In this document: positions 1 through 9,645 of the stretch, piece by piece | Position numbering within the stretch: the stretch's first letter is position 1 | Layout of the letters: every line of letters starts with the position of its first letter | Origin: an uncultured Patescibacteria group bacterium | GTDB taxonomy: Bacteria; Patescibacteriota; Microgenomatia; UBA10105; UBA927 | NCBI GenBank assembly: GCA_937921305.1 | Contig: CAKZSU010000005.1 | Coordinates: forward strand, 10,740 to 74,739 | Reading direction: 5' to 3' | Length of the DNA: 64,000 nucleotides | Program-made: the position numbers and the translations under genes | Notes under the pieces: model-generated | The model's database searches: none | What the model saw: the letters and a program-made list of their open reading frames with translations, nothing else | Told to the model about the DNA's origin: nothing

Positions 1-458
1 TTGTGGGAGACTATGTGAAACACTCCCGAGGCGAGAAAAACGGACGAAAAGTTTATTCCCTCTGGGATAGTTATGTGTATGCTGATATGGTTACCTATCC
101 AAGTTATTGGGAAGGATGGGGAAATCAATTTATCGAAGCGGTATTCGCGAAACTTCCGATTTTGTTGTTTGAATACCCTGTATATGTATCGGATCTTCGT
201 CAAGACGGGTTTAAGACTGTTTCACTTGGAGACACGCTTGACGGCAGGGATCATCGGGGGTTGGCGGTGGTGAAAGAAGAAACAATTCAGCGCGCCGCGG
301 AAGAAATTGTCGATATTCTTCTGTCTTTAGATCGCTACCGCGAGATGATCGAGCATAATTTCTCGATAGGAAAAGAAAAATACTCACTTACGACGCTTGA
401 ATCGATCATTCGCTCCTTGTTTGAGCGAATCATTGAAAAACGTGGCGATATCTACTAA
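1..458 (+). CDS. Glycosyltransferase (GT4-like), C-terminal part; gene begins before the window
   Basis: YPSYWEGWGNQFIEA matches the GT4 PSxxEGFG...E motif. Confidence 0.75.
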   Translation, partial: VGDYVKHSRGEKNGRKVYSLWDSYVYADMVTYPSYWEGWGNQFIEAVFAKLPILLFEYPVYVSDLRQDGFKTVSLGDTLDGRDHRGLAVVKEETIQRAAEEIVDILLSLDRYREMIEHNFSIGKEKYSLTTLESIIRSLFERIIEKRGDIY

Positions 459-467
459 AAAGAGGCT

Positions 468-1007
468 ATGATTCCAAACATTCCGTCGTATTATCTTTCA
501 GCAAAAAACGATAAACTCTCTCTTCTTGCGAATATAAATGGATATATTCAGTCGTTAGGATTTATTGTCGACACAGAGCATTCAGACTTTTCTCGTCCGT
601 GGGGAGCGTTCTGGAGGATTGATGAATTGCAGGCAAAAAAATTTATGGAGGTGTTTTTCCCTCATATAACGCTTCAAATTGGTGTTTCCGTGAGTCCAAA
701 ATTTTTATTGGTTGAACCACGAAAGCGATTGTCGTGGCAGTGGCATGAACGACGGCGGGAGGAGTGGTTGGTGCTTGGCGGACCGGTTGCTGTGATGCGA
801 AGCCAGACGGATAAGATGCCAGAACGCCCAGAGATCAAAGAAACAGGATCATATATATCGCTTCAGCAAGGAGAACGCCACCGATTGATTGGTTTGGATA
901 CCTATGGACTTGTCGCGGAGATTTGGGTTCACACGGACCCGTCTCATCCGTCTGACGAAGTGGACAATCACCGCGTGCAGGACGATTTTCAACGCGCTTC
1001 TTCCTGA
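468..1007 (+). CDS. Cupin protein, mannose-6-phosphate isomerase type II-like
   Basis: RPWG, RLSWQWHERRREEW and GERHRL cupin motifs, plus DNHRVQDDF C-terminus. Confidence 0.75.
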   Translation: MIPNIPSYYLSAKNDKLSLLANINGYIQSLGFIVDTEHSDFSRPWGAFWRIDELQAKKFMEVFFPHITLQIGVSVSPKFLLVEPRKRLSWQWHERRREEWLVLGGPVAVMRSQTDKMPERPEIKETGSYISLQQGERHRLIGLDTYGLVAEIWVHTDPSHPSDEVDNHRVQDDFQRASS

Positions 1008-1405
1008 GGTTTTTCCGTGACCCTCGACGCGGTTGTTAGATGAAAATAATATCTGTCAGTTGTTGCGGTTTGTCTTTCTTCTGGATTTTCTTTATAAGAA
1101 AACACAACCTCCGCTTGTTTTAATATGCAACGGAACCTCGGTTCTCGATGACGTGCTCCTTCTACATTTCTACAGCAAATGTTCCTTGCACACGATGAAT
1201 CATCACATCGTTCCCGTGATATGTTGCCGGCATAGGGATTGCATGATCGATTTGATACGGTTTTCCTGTGTACAGGATTGTTGCTACGCTTTCATCAGGA
1301 TTCAAGAACATGATATGTTCCGACGCGTGCAATTCTTCTGGATCAATCATAGGGGATAATATGAATCATAGGGGATAATATGAATGGTTCGGTTTCTTTT
1401 TCCAT
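989..1405 (-). pseudogene. Hypothetical gene (~129 aa when repaired) broken by two frameshifts
   Basis: Removing one copy of a 19-bp tandem duplication (~1345-1382) and 8 nt at ~1160-1174 gives one ORF, MEKETEPFILSPMIDPEE...KPQEEAR*. Confidence 0.55.
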
Positions 1406-1433
1406 AGAGATATGCTCACTTTCTGTGAAAAAA

Positions 1434-2261
1434 CTATACGGTGGAAAGGTTGAGTTTGATCCCCGGTCCCATGGTGGAGGAGAGGGTGACTTTGGCAATC
1501 CGTTGTTTTCCAACTGCGTGGATAAATGCTTTGATATTCTCCATCAACTGTTCTTCAGAAAACGACACTTTTCCAATGCCGAAGTGGATAATGGGGTTGT
1601 TGGGTTCGGTTTTGAAATGAAGTTCTCCTTGTGAAAGTTCTTGCGCGCGTTTTTCCGGTTCTGGGTGCACCGTGCCGTTTTTTGGATTTGGCATAAGTCC
1701 TTTTGGTCCAAGCATACGGGCAAACTTCGCGAGTTTTGGAATCATAGATGGGTGGGCGACAAGGATGTCAAATGTAATCTTCCCTTCTTCAAGATCTTTA
1801 ATTATCGCATCGTTGGCAATTGCTATGCGGATCGTTTTCCCCGTTCCATGAGGCAGGACGACGACTCCGCGATAATCTGGTTTTCCTCCCAATGCTTGAA
1901 GAGAAAGGTTGACATGAATTTCGACAGTGCCGTCAAATCGAGTGATGCTTGTCTTCTTAAGCAACGAGACAACCTCTTTAAGAGAGTAATATGTTGATCT
2001 TTGAACGAGATTTGCAACTTCCTGATAACGTTTGGATCGCTGGCGTTGTTTTGTTTTTGTTTGTTGCTCTGGTGAGCGTTCTTCTTTTTTTACTTGATCT
2101 GTTTTTTGTTGTTCGTCTTGTGGTTGTTTTTGCTGGAGCTCTTGCGATTCTTTCTTTTTTGCTTTTTTTTCGCGTTTCGCTTCGCGGCGAGCTTCCGCTT
2201 TTTTTCGTTGTTCTTGTTCGAGGTGTTCATCGCCAAGTGTGGCGACACGAATTTTTCCCAT
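1434..2261 (-). CDS. rplA: 50S ribosomal protein L1 with charged N-terminal extension
   Basis: FDGTVE, LPHGTGK, LGPKGLMPNPKNGTV, STMGPG; follows rplK. Confidence 0.97.
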   Translation of the reverse strand: MGKIRVATLGDEHLEQEQRKKAEARREAKREKKAKKKESQELQQKQPQDEQQKTDQVKKEERSPEQQTKTKQRQRSKRYQEVANLVQRSTYYSLKEVVSLLKKTSITRFDGTVEIHVNLSLQALGGKPDYRGVVVLPHGTGKTIRIAIANDAIIKDLEEGKITFDILVAHPSMIPKLAKFARMLGPKGLMPNPKNGTVHPEPEKRAQELSQGELHFKTEPNNPIIHFGIGKVSFSEEQLMENIKAFIHAVGKQRIAKVTLSSTMGPGIKLNLSTV

Positions 2262-2264
2262 AGG

Positions 2265-2690
2265 TTACTCCACGATAACTCCCATTGATCGGGCTGTGCC
2301 CTCAACGATTTTCATCGCTTGCTCAATGGAATCTGTATTCAGATCCGGCAATTTTTCTTTCGCGATTTGCTCAACTTGCGCTTTGGTTAGCTTTCCAGCT
2401 TGTTCTCTTCCAGCTTTTCCGCTTCCTTTTGGAATGCCAAGCGTTTTCATAATCATTGCAGAGACGGGAGGAAGTTTGGTGATAAAGGTAAATGTTCTAT
2501 CTTCATAGACGGTGATAACAGCGGGAATGATTTGTCCTTTGAGTTTTTGCGTCCTGTCATTATACGCTTTAATGAATTCCATAATGGGGACGCCGTGTTG
2601 TCCGAGTGCTGGACCGACAGGAGGAGCTGGCGTTGCCGCTCCGGCGGGAAGATTGAGTTTGATAATCGTTTTTACTTTTTTTGTTGCCAT
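2265..2690 (-). CDS. rplK: 50S ribosomal protein L11
   Basis: [22 protein letters not shown]. Confidence 0.99.
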   Translation of the reverse strand: MATKKVKTIIKLNLPAGAATPAPPVGPALGQHGVPIMEFIKAYNDRTQKLKGQIIPAVITVYEDRTFTFITKLPPVSAMIMKTLGIPKGSGKAGREQAGKLTKAQVEQIAKEKLPDLNTDSIEQAMKIVEGTARSMGVIVE

Positions 2691-2755
2691 AGACGAAACA
2701 GTGTTGTTTCTCCCTCAATACTGTTAGTAATATCGAGGTTCTTCGTTATTTTACT

Positions 2756-3310
2756 TTAAAGCTTTGTCACTTGCAAGAAATCGAGCTCTACTGGCGTTTC
2801 TCTGCCAAAAATAGACACAAGAACTTTGAGTTTTCCTTTTGTCTCGTCGATAGAATTAATTGATCCAAGAAAATCTGCAAATGGTCCATCGATGATTTTT
2901 ACCGCTTCTCCCACAGAGAAAGAGGTTTTATGCTTCGGCGCTTCAATCTCCATGAACTTCAAAATGGTTTGCACTTCTTTTTTAGAAATTGGGGTGGGTT
3001 TGCTCCCCGATCCTACGAACGCGGTAACACCTTGCGTCGTTCGGACCGCAAGCCACGTTTCATCGTCTAATATCATTTTGACGAGGATATAACCGGGAAA
3101 AATCCGTTCTTTTTCTTCCGCTTTTTTTCCATGTTTGACAGTAACAATATTTCTCGTCGGCACAATGATATCGAAGATTCTGTCTTGAAGGCGCATGCTT
3201 TCGATTCGCTGCTTGAGCGTGGTTGCCACTTTATTTTCATGACCAGAGTAGGTATGAACAACATACCACCTTGCGTGTTCCGATGGTTGAGTTTGTTGTT
3301 GTGTATCCAT
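2756..3310 (-). CDS. nusG: Transcription termination/antitermination factor NusG
   Basis: WYVVHTYSGHE, FPGY, KOW domain, IFGRETPVEL. Confidence 0.99.
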   Translation of the reverse strand: MDTQQQTQPSEHARWYVVHTYSGHENKVATTLKQRIESMRLQDRIFDIIVPTRNIVTVKHGKKAEEKERIFPGYILVKMILDDETWLAVRTTQGVTAFVGSGSKPTPISKKEVQTILKFMEIEAPKHKTSFSVGEAVKIIDGPFADFLGSINSIDETKGKLKVLVSIFGRETPVELDFLQVTKL

Positions 3311-3315
3311 AGGTA

Positions 3316-3510
3316 TTATTGAAATAATAGTTTTGAGAGTTGTACTAATAGTATATCAAGTCCTCCGATAAACAGACCAATGGTTGTTGAAACGAGGAGA
3401 ACAATCATCGTGAGTTTGATCGTTTCTTGTCTGGTGGGCCATGTGACTTTCTTTAACTCGGCGATGACCTCTCGAATAAACTGGACAGGCGATAACGAGA
3501 CTCGTTTCAT
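3316..3510 (-). CDS. secE: Preprotein translocase subunit SecE
   Basis: ELKKVTWP motif, single TM helix, upstream of nusG. Confidence 0.97.
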   Translation of the reverse strand: MKRVSLSPVQFIREVIAELKKVTWPTRQETIKLTMIVLLVSTTIGLFIGGLDILLVQLSKLLFQ

Positions 3511-3630
3511 ACAAGAAAACCCCTGTCGGGGTATGTCAATAGTACCAAAAAGTATAGCAAAAAGTCAAAACATTGCCTAGAGGTGAAAATATTCTTGCGT
3601 TTTTTAAGAAAACCTATAAAATTGAGATCT

Positions 3631-3834
3631 ATGAGCGCAGAGCATGGGCATGGACACGGAAGCGATGAAGAATATCGTGTCGTTTCCTCTATGAGGGAGC
3701 GATTCAAAGTAATGGCTGATGTGGTAGGAAAATCATTTAAGTTTCTGGCTGGAGCGTTGTTAAGCATTCTTTCTTTTGGTGCACTTCATTCATTTGAAGA
3801 TAGTGAAGATAGCCACGGGGGAATGCATCATTGA
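3631..3834 (+). CDS. Small His-rich single-TM protein, unknown function
   Basis: MSAEHGHGHG...hydrophobic stretch...GGMHH; start chosen at ATG 3631. Confidence 0.55.
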   Translation: MSAEHGHGHGSDEEYRVVSSMRERFKVMADVVGKSFKFLAGALLSILSFGALHSFEDSEDSHGGMHH

Positions 3835-3871
3835 ATTTAAATTAAATTTATAGTACAGATTTTTTTATTAT

Positions 3872-4408
3872 TTACTCCTTTATTTGCATCTGACATTCTT
3901 GTGATTGTCCTTCGCTTAAAAAGTCATACCAAAATCGTACACCATTTGGAAAGTTTGGATTATTTTTAAATGTTGAGCATTGATCATTGCTATCTAGTTC
4001 TTCTCCAGAATATCGACACATAAATCCAGTAAAGTTTGGCGCTCTGTTTACGTAACTTGATAAACATCCGACTTGAGAAAGACTTGTCTCTGGATCAGCA
4101 GAACATGATGGCATTTGTCGTGCTGTATGTCGTTCATAAATACATCCCATGCCGTAGGATCCTTGGGCTCCGCATGCTGCAGACTCTTCAATGTAAAGCG
4201 TTAGGGCAAACGTTGGATTGATGCCTTCGCGTATCGAACGATTTTGAATTTCTCTCCATAAATTTTCAAGATTTCTTGTTCCTATTTCTTGATATGATGG
4301 ATAATATCGCCTCATAAGATCGATTGCTCGATTGATCGTATCTTGATTGACAACACACGATGTATCTCTAAATGGTATTACATATCCAAGAGATCCTGGA
4401 TCTGAAGT
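3872..4408 (-). pseudogene. Detached C-terminal lysozyme-like domain of the upstream secreted protein
   Basis: Frame continues past TAA 4409-4411 (TSDPGSLGYVIPFRDTSC), then a 1-nt shift joins VNQDTINRAIDLMRRYYP...GINPTFALTLYIEES. Confidence 0.55.
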
Positions 4409-6358
4409 TTAACGCCGTCGATTATGAGGGGGAATATTTTGAGGAGGTTGATTAATTACGTCGTTGTTGCATAGTTCTCTGTAGATTTTTGTATTTTTCG
4501 ATAATACAGAGCATGCTTGAAATTGATGAGTTGCATTAACAAAATTCGTTGGATAAAATGCTTGATTAATTTTTACATTTTCTCCGCTTGAATTTGGCGT
4601 TTGTTTTATGTTGAAGACATTCTCGCTTTCTCCAGATTTTGGAAGTTGTTCGAGAATGTTGATTTTTGCTTGAGGAAGGAACGCGTATGTTGCTGTTTTT
4701 GTATTGTTATAAAGATCTTCATCGTTGCTGATTTTTGTGCATGAAGCAACTTCACCTGGTACTGAAAATATTTTTCCGATGGCTTCTTGAATAAAATTCG
4801 AAATAGATAATAATATGTTTGTATTTCCGTCTCCTGAAAATGAATTTTTATTTTCCGGGTTTGCTTTTTTATTTTCTGTTTTTATTGTTTGAGATCCGGA
4901 ATTTGGCACTGGTATTCGATCTGCCAGTCTATTGACTGGTTTTGTTAGATCAATTCCTTCAGTGGTATTCTGGTCTGTTTTATTCTTTGATGAGAGGCTT
5001 CCTAAGAGTTTGTTATAATCGTCTTGTTCTCTACATTCTTTACAGTCTTGATCGTTCCAGAGTGTATCTTCGGACAATGCCATTTGTTGACCTCCTGAGA
5101 CATTTATCGAGACAAGCGTTTCGCCTTGATCGTTAGTGTCGACATTTTTTTCGATATTTACTTTATCTCCTTTTACTAAAAGACTTGATCGAACAGTTAT
5201 TTCTGTGTTGTTTTGATTTAAGGTGATGATTTTTTCTTTTGAGTTATCGATTGTTGGTTTCTGTTCATTCTTTTTTTGAATCTTGAACAATCCAGGAAGC
5301 ATCGCGCGAGCAACGCGTTGTAAGTGTTTTTGATCTTGTATTGCTACTCTATGTTCATTTTCTCCTGGTTCTAAATGTAAAAGATTTATAGATGTATTTT
5401 GGCTATTTGATAGCCTATTTGATAAAGACAAATCAGTGGGCTTATTTATCCCTTCAGCCGGGCATTGGACATAACATGTTTCCTGAGCTTTTTTCGTTCC
5501 AGAACAAATATCTTTTCCTACCCATGTTTTTGGATCATTATTTGGGTCTGAAAAATCGATATTTTGAAACCATCCACATAGCCCAACGCCTTTGCAATAA
5601 ATGAACACTTCTCCGGCTCCAGCGCCGCTTTCATTGCGAAGCACAAGAATATCTCCGCTAAACGATCCGCATTTCGCGTTTCCATTAAATACAAGTTGTT
5701 TTGTTCCGCTGACATTCCCTGTATGGGGCGCTTGACAAGGAGTAACATTGTCGGGAAGAAGACGAAGATTTTCCTCTTCGCTTTCAATGTATTCAAAACC
5801 AGCATTTGTTCCTTCTGATGCAAAACTAAAATTTGGGTCGCAACGAAGCGATTTTGGCGCCCAAAGCATTCCTTGTTTCCCATTAATTCGTTGAAATGCA
5901 GGTTTTCCATTCGTGCATGTTGTAGCATTTGCCCATGTTGTATCTTGGATAAAATAGATTGCATTTCCTCGAACTTCATAAAGGAGACTTTTTTGATTTG
6001 ATGTTTGAATGACATATCTTCCTGATTTATAGTTTCTGCTATCAACGATATGCCATTCAAATCCTTCTCCTATTGCTGTTCCATCTGCAATATAGCATGT
6101 GTTTCTATCGGTTATATCTTTGCATGGTACAATGTAGGAGAATGTATCATTTGGATTGTATCCTGGAGCGCAATATGGTATCGGCCTTGCGTTTCCAGTT
6201 CCTCCTCCTGGTTTTATGCATTCGCCCACTCGTTTGGGAATATATGATGACGATAAGGGTTCAACAAGTTTTGCGATAACAATGCCATTGAAAGGATGAA
6301 AGAGGCTAACAAGTAGGAGACTTGCTGCTATTGTGAAAGCGATAATTTTGCGATTCAT
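4409..6358 (-). CDS. Large secreted Cys-rich protein, probably C-terminally truncated
   Basis: N-terminal signal peptide, many Cys, Asn/Thr-rich linker regions. Confidence 0.7.
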   Translation of the reverse strand: MNRKIIAFTIAASLLLVSLFHPFNGIVIAKLVEPLSSSYIPKRVGECIKPGGGTGNARPIPYCAPGYNPNDTFSYIVPCKDITDRNTCYIADGTAIGEGFEWHIVDSRNYKSGRYVIQTSNQKSLLYEVRGNAIYFIQDTTWANATTCTNGKPAFQRINGKQGMLWAPKSLRCDPNFSFASEGTNAGFEYIESEEENLRLLPDNVTPCQAPHTGNVSGTKQLVFNGNAKCGSFSGDILVLRNESGAGAGEVFIYCKGVGLCGWFQNIDFSDPNNDPKTWVGKDICSGTKKAQETCYVQCPAEGINKPTDLSLSNRLSNSQNTSINLLHLEPGENEHRVAIQDQKHLQRVARAMLPGLFKIQKKNEQKPTIDNSKEKIITLNQNNTEITVRSSLLVKGDKVNIEKNVDTNDQGETLVSINVSGGQQMALSEDTLWNDQDCKECREQDDYNKLLGSLSSKNKTDQNTTEGIDLTKPVNRLADRIPVPNSGSQTIKTENKKANPENKNSFSGDGNTNILLSISNFIQEAIGKIFSVPGEVASCTKISNDEDLYNNTKTATYAFLPQAKINILEQLPKSGESENVFNIKQTPNSSGENVKINQAFYPTNFVNATHQFQACSVLSKNTKIYRELCNNDVINQPPQNIPPHNRRR

Positions 6359-6426
6359 GCAGCATAATCATACCAAAAAGATCTATTGATTGACAAACAT
6401 TTCAAAGTTTTTTTACAATCTTTCCC

Positions 6427-7332
6427 ATGATGCCCATGATGAAAAAAATTCGAAAAGCGGTTATCCCTGCGGCAGGTTTTGGTACACGTTTTCTCCCACA
6501 AACAAAAGCAATGCCGAAAGAAATGCTTCCGATTGTCGATAAACCTGTTATTCAATATGTTGTGGAAGAATTAATTGAGGCTGGTATTGAAGATATTATT
6601 ATTGTTACTGGTTATCATAAACGGACCATTGAAGATCATTTTGATCGCCCTTCAATGGAGTTAATTGAAAATCTTCGAATGGGGGGCCCGAAAAAAATTC
6701 CCTTGTTGCAAGCGATTGAGCGAATTTCAGACATGGCGAATTTTGTGTATGTCCGCCAGAAAGGTCCATACGGAAATGGGACGCCATTATTGAATGTGCG
6801 AAAAGTTATCGGAGATGAGCCGTTTATTTACACATGGAGCGATGACTTTATTCAAGCAAAACCTAAGTCGCGTTTTCGGCAGTTATTAGAGGTATATGAA
6901 GAATTTGAGTGTTCTATTCTCGCAAGTATTCGAGCAACTCGAGATGAAGATTATGATCGATATGGATTTGCTGGTGGGAAAGAAATTCGAACAGGCCTTA
7001 TTGATGTTGATGTGATTGTTGAAAAGCCCGGAAAACAACATGCTCCATCAAATTTAGCAAATGTCTCAGGATTTATTTTTACGCCCGATATCTTTGATTA
7101 CCTTGATCAAGCGCTTGCAAATCTTAGAGAAGGAGAAGAATTGTATTATAATAACGCGTTAAAACTTATGCTAGATGATGGAAAGCGCGTTTTAGCGTGT
7201 GAAATTCAGAATGGAAAATATTATGATACAGGGAATAAATTAGAGTACTTAAAAACTGTTGTTGAGTTTGCGTTGGAGCATAAGGAATTGAATGGCGAAT
7301 TTCGAACATATCTTAAAAGTCTTTCGATTTGA
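6427..7332 (+). CDS. galU: UTP--glucose-1-phosphate uridylyltransferase
   Basis: KAVIPAAGFGTRFLPQTKAMPKEMLPIVDKP, VEKP, YDTG. Confidence 0.95.
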   Translation: MMPMMKKIRKAVIPAAGFGTRFLPQTKAMPKEMLPIVDKPVIQYVVEELIEAGIEDIIIVTGYHKRTIEDHFDRPSMELIENLRMGGPKKIPLLQAIERISDMANFVYVRQKGPYGNGTPLLNVRKVIGDEPFIYTWSDDFIQAKPKSRFRQLLEVYEEFECSILASIRATRDEDYDRYGFAGGKEIRTGLIDVDVIVEKPGKQHAPSNLANVSGFIFTPDIFDYLDQALANLREGEELYYNNALKLMLDDGKRVLACEIQNGKYYDTGNKLEYLKTVVEFALEHKELNGEFRTYLKSLSI

Positions 7333-7338
7333 TCAACA

Positions 7339-7854
7339 ATGACTTCACATATCAAAAAAAACTGTTCGTTTTGTTCATTCTATCAATCACTATATTATTC
7401 ACTTCATGCTGGGGATTGCATGGTTTCTTTTTTTGCGGGAGATTCGTGAGGATATCTATCCGCAGTATTTAATTCTTTCACTGATCGGTTCTATAGCGCC
7501 TGATATTGAACATATTGCGTATATCTACATTCATGGAAAACATGCTGAATATAGCGAACAAGTTCGAGAGTTTATAAAAAGAGACAGTGGGGATCTATGA
7601 TTTCTTTTCTGAAGAATAATCATAAATATCTCACCTCATTACGATTCCATTCTTTGCAGTGGATGGTTGTTCTTTTCCTCTTTGCATTTATAAGGTATCA
7701 TGTTGATTCTGTTTTTTCTCTTGTTCTTTTTGGTTGAATGATTATTCATTATGCGTATGATATGGTAGATGATATGATTATATTGGGAAGATTAAATCCA
7801 AACTGGAAACGAGGTTTTATACGAATGAAAGCAATAATAAAATCAAACCTATGA
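7339..7854 (+). pseudogene. Membrane metal-dependent hydrolase-like gene, inactivated
   Basis: Fragments include GSIAPDIEH, NNHKYLTSLRFHS and HYAYDMVDD...LGRLNPNW; two frameshifts and an in-frame TGA at ~7735. Confidence 0.65.
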
Positions 7855-8585
7855 CTTTTCTCTCTCATCATCTCCAAGAGAAACACAATATCTCTGCGTT
7901 TTCTATCTATCTTCGAGAGATTGTGTATGGCGGTACCGATGGGATCATTACGACATTTGCGGTTGTCGCTGGGTTTGCTGGCGCAGAGACAACAATGTCT
8001 GGTGCTATTCCCGTGATTGCTGTTTTATTGTTTGGTTTTGCAAATCTCTTCGCTGATGGGTTTTCTATGGCATTGGGGAGTTTTTTAGCGGCGCGATCGG
8101 AGCAAGATGTCTATCGACGAGAGAAGCAAAAAGAAGCCTTTGAAATTAAGCATAATCCTGAATCTGAGAAAGAAGAGTCCATAGAGATTTTAGTGAATAA
8201 GGGCTTTACGAAGGAACAAGCGAAGACACTTGTTGATATTTACGCAACGAATCCATCGTATTGGTTGGAATTTATGATGAAGGATGAGTTGTCGTTGTCA
8301 AATCCAGAAGGAGAAAAGCCTCATATCATATCGCTTTCTACATTTTTATCCTTTGTTGGTTTTGGATTTCTCCCGTTAATTCCATATATTTTTTTTCGAG
8401 AGCAGGAATCGCTGTTTTTTGTGTCTATTTTAACCGCTGGACTCGCATTGTTGCTCCTTGGCGTTTTTCGTTATTATGTGACAAGACAATCGCTCATTCG
8501 ATCTGTTGGAGAATCATTGTTTTTGGGTGGCATCGCGGCATTTGTCGCGTTTATGGTCGGAAGACTATTTCACATTGCCGGATAA
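7851..8585 (+). CDS. VIT1/CCC1 family Fe/Mn transporter
   Basis: VYGGTDGIITTFAVVAG, ANLFADGFSMA, MMKDEL. Confidence 0.92.
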   Translation: MTFLSHHLQEKHNISAFSIYLREIVYGGTDGIITTFAVVAGFAGAETTMSGAIPVIAVLLFGFANLFADGFSMALGSFLAARSEQDVYRREKQKEAFEIKHNPESEKEESIEILVNKGFTKEQAKTLVDIYATNPSYWLEFMMKDELSLSNPEGEKPHIISLSTFLSFVGFGFLPLIPYIFFREQESLFFVSILTAGLALLLLGVFRYYVTRQSLIRSVGESLFLGGIAAFVAFMVGRLFHIAG

Positions 8586-9508
8586 TATTTCTGTTTCTAT
8601 TGTTGCGCGATAGATGTTTTTTGCAAGTTTTTGCATAAGATTGACATCCTCTTTGAGATATCATTAAACAATATAAGTAGAAAAGCCAAAGAGCAACATA
8701 TTGTGTAGAAGAATATACTGTTGCTTGATCCTTTATAAGGAGTTCTTCTGGCGCTGTTTCTTGATATGTTGTTGTTCTTGTATATAGATATGATCGAAGC
8801 CTAAGGATTATAATTTCAATTGCTTTTGCGTTTCCTTGAAGAACGACGCTTTGATTATGAGATCTTATTGTTCGAATACGCCAGAGCATATCATTTTCTT
8901 CTATTACATATATATTCAGTTTCATCGTCAACACATTCCCCATAAAATCGTATTTCTCCTGAAATAAAAAGTGATCTTACATTTGCGCCGATTAGAAATT
9001 GATCTAGAAGATTCGCGTCTTCTTCAGTTAATTCAATAACTATTTCATCATGATTTTTTGGTGGATATTCTTGGATGCTTGATGATAATGCACTGATGAA
9101 CATAAATAACCGTTCTCCTGCTGTTTTATGCGTTTCTATGATGGTTGAGAGGATGTTGTTAGATGTTTCATGCGTAAAGATTTCATTTTTTGTTGGTAAT
9201 CTTTGATCCCGTTGTAAGTGATCTGGTTTAAATTGTGCAAAAGAATTTTTATCAACATTTTCTGTTTTGAAATTAATAGGTTTTTCTGGATTCTATGATC
9301 GAATTCTTTCTTGATGGGTTGTTATTTTTTCCTTTAAAAATGGGTCGACTATGGTATCAAGATTTGATAGATCAATACGTACCCTTTGTATGCATGTGGC
9401 GCATTGAGGAGCTTCGCAACATTGAAATGTTGCCTGTGATGATTGGTCTAATTCGTTTTATGCAATACTCCCTTGAGGAGTAGGAGATAGTTGTTGTTCG
9501 TGACGCAT
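8551..9508 (-). pseudogene. Decayed hypothetical gene
   Basis: ATG 9508 is in frame with ORF 8891-9103 through a TAA and a TAG, then a frameshift leads into the 8551-8943 frame. Confidence 0.5.
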
Positions 9509-9645
9509 ATTCCTCCTTTACAGACGATATTGTAGAAGTGGGAGTAGTACGCTCTTATAGTATTTTCTTGAGTGTAAAAACAACTATGTAGTTTAGTGGA
9601 AGGTATGTTTGATTCGCAAGATGCATTATAATAATTGTTATCATC

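Noticed and set aside
1345-1385. Possible CRISPR repeat
   Set aside because: Only two adjacent copies, with no spacer and no cas genes.
7735-7737. In-frame TGA suggesting code 25 (UGA=Gly)
   Set aside because: galU, mreB and mrdA end properly at TGA, and the same gene also has frameshifts, so this is a pseudogene lesion.
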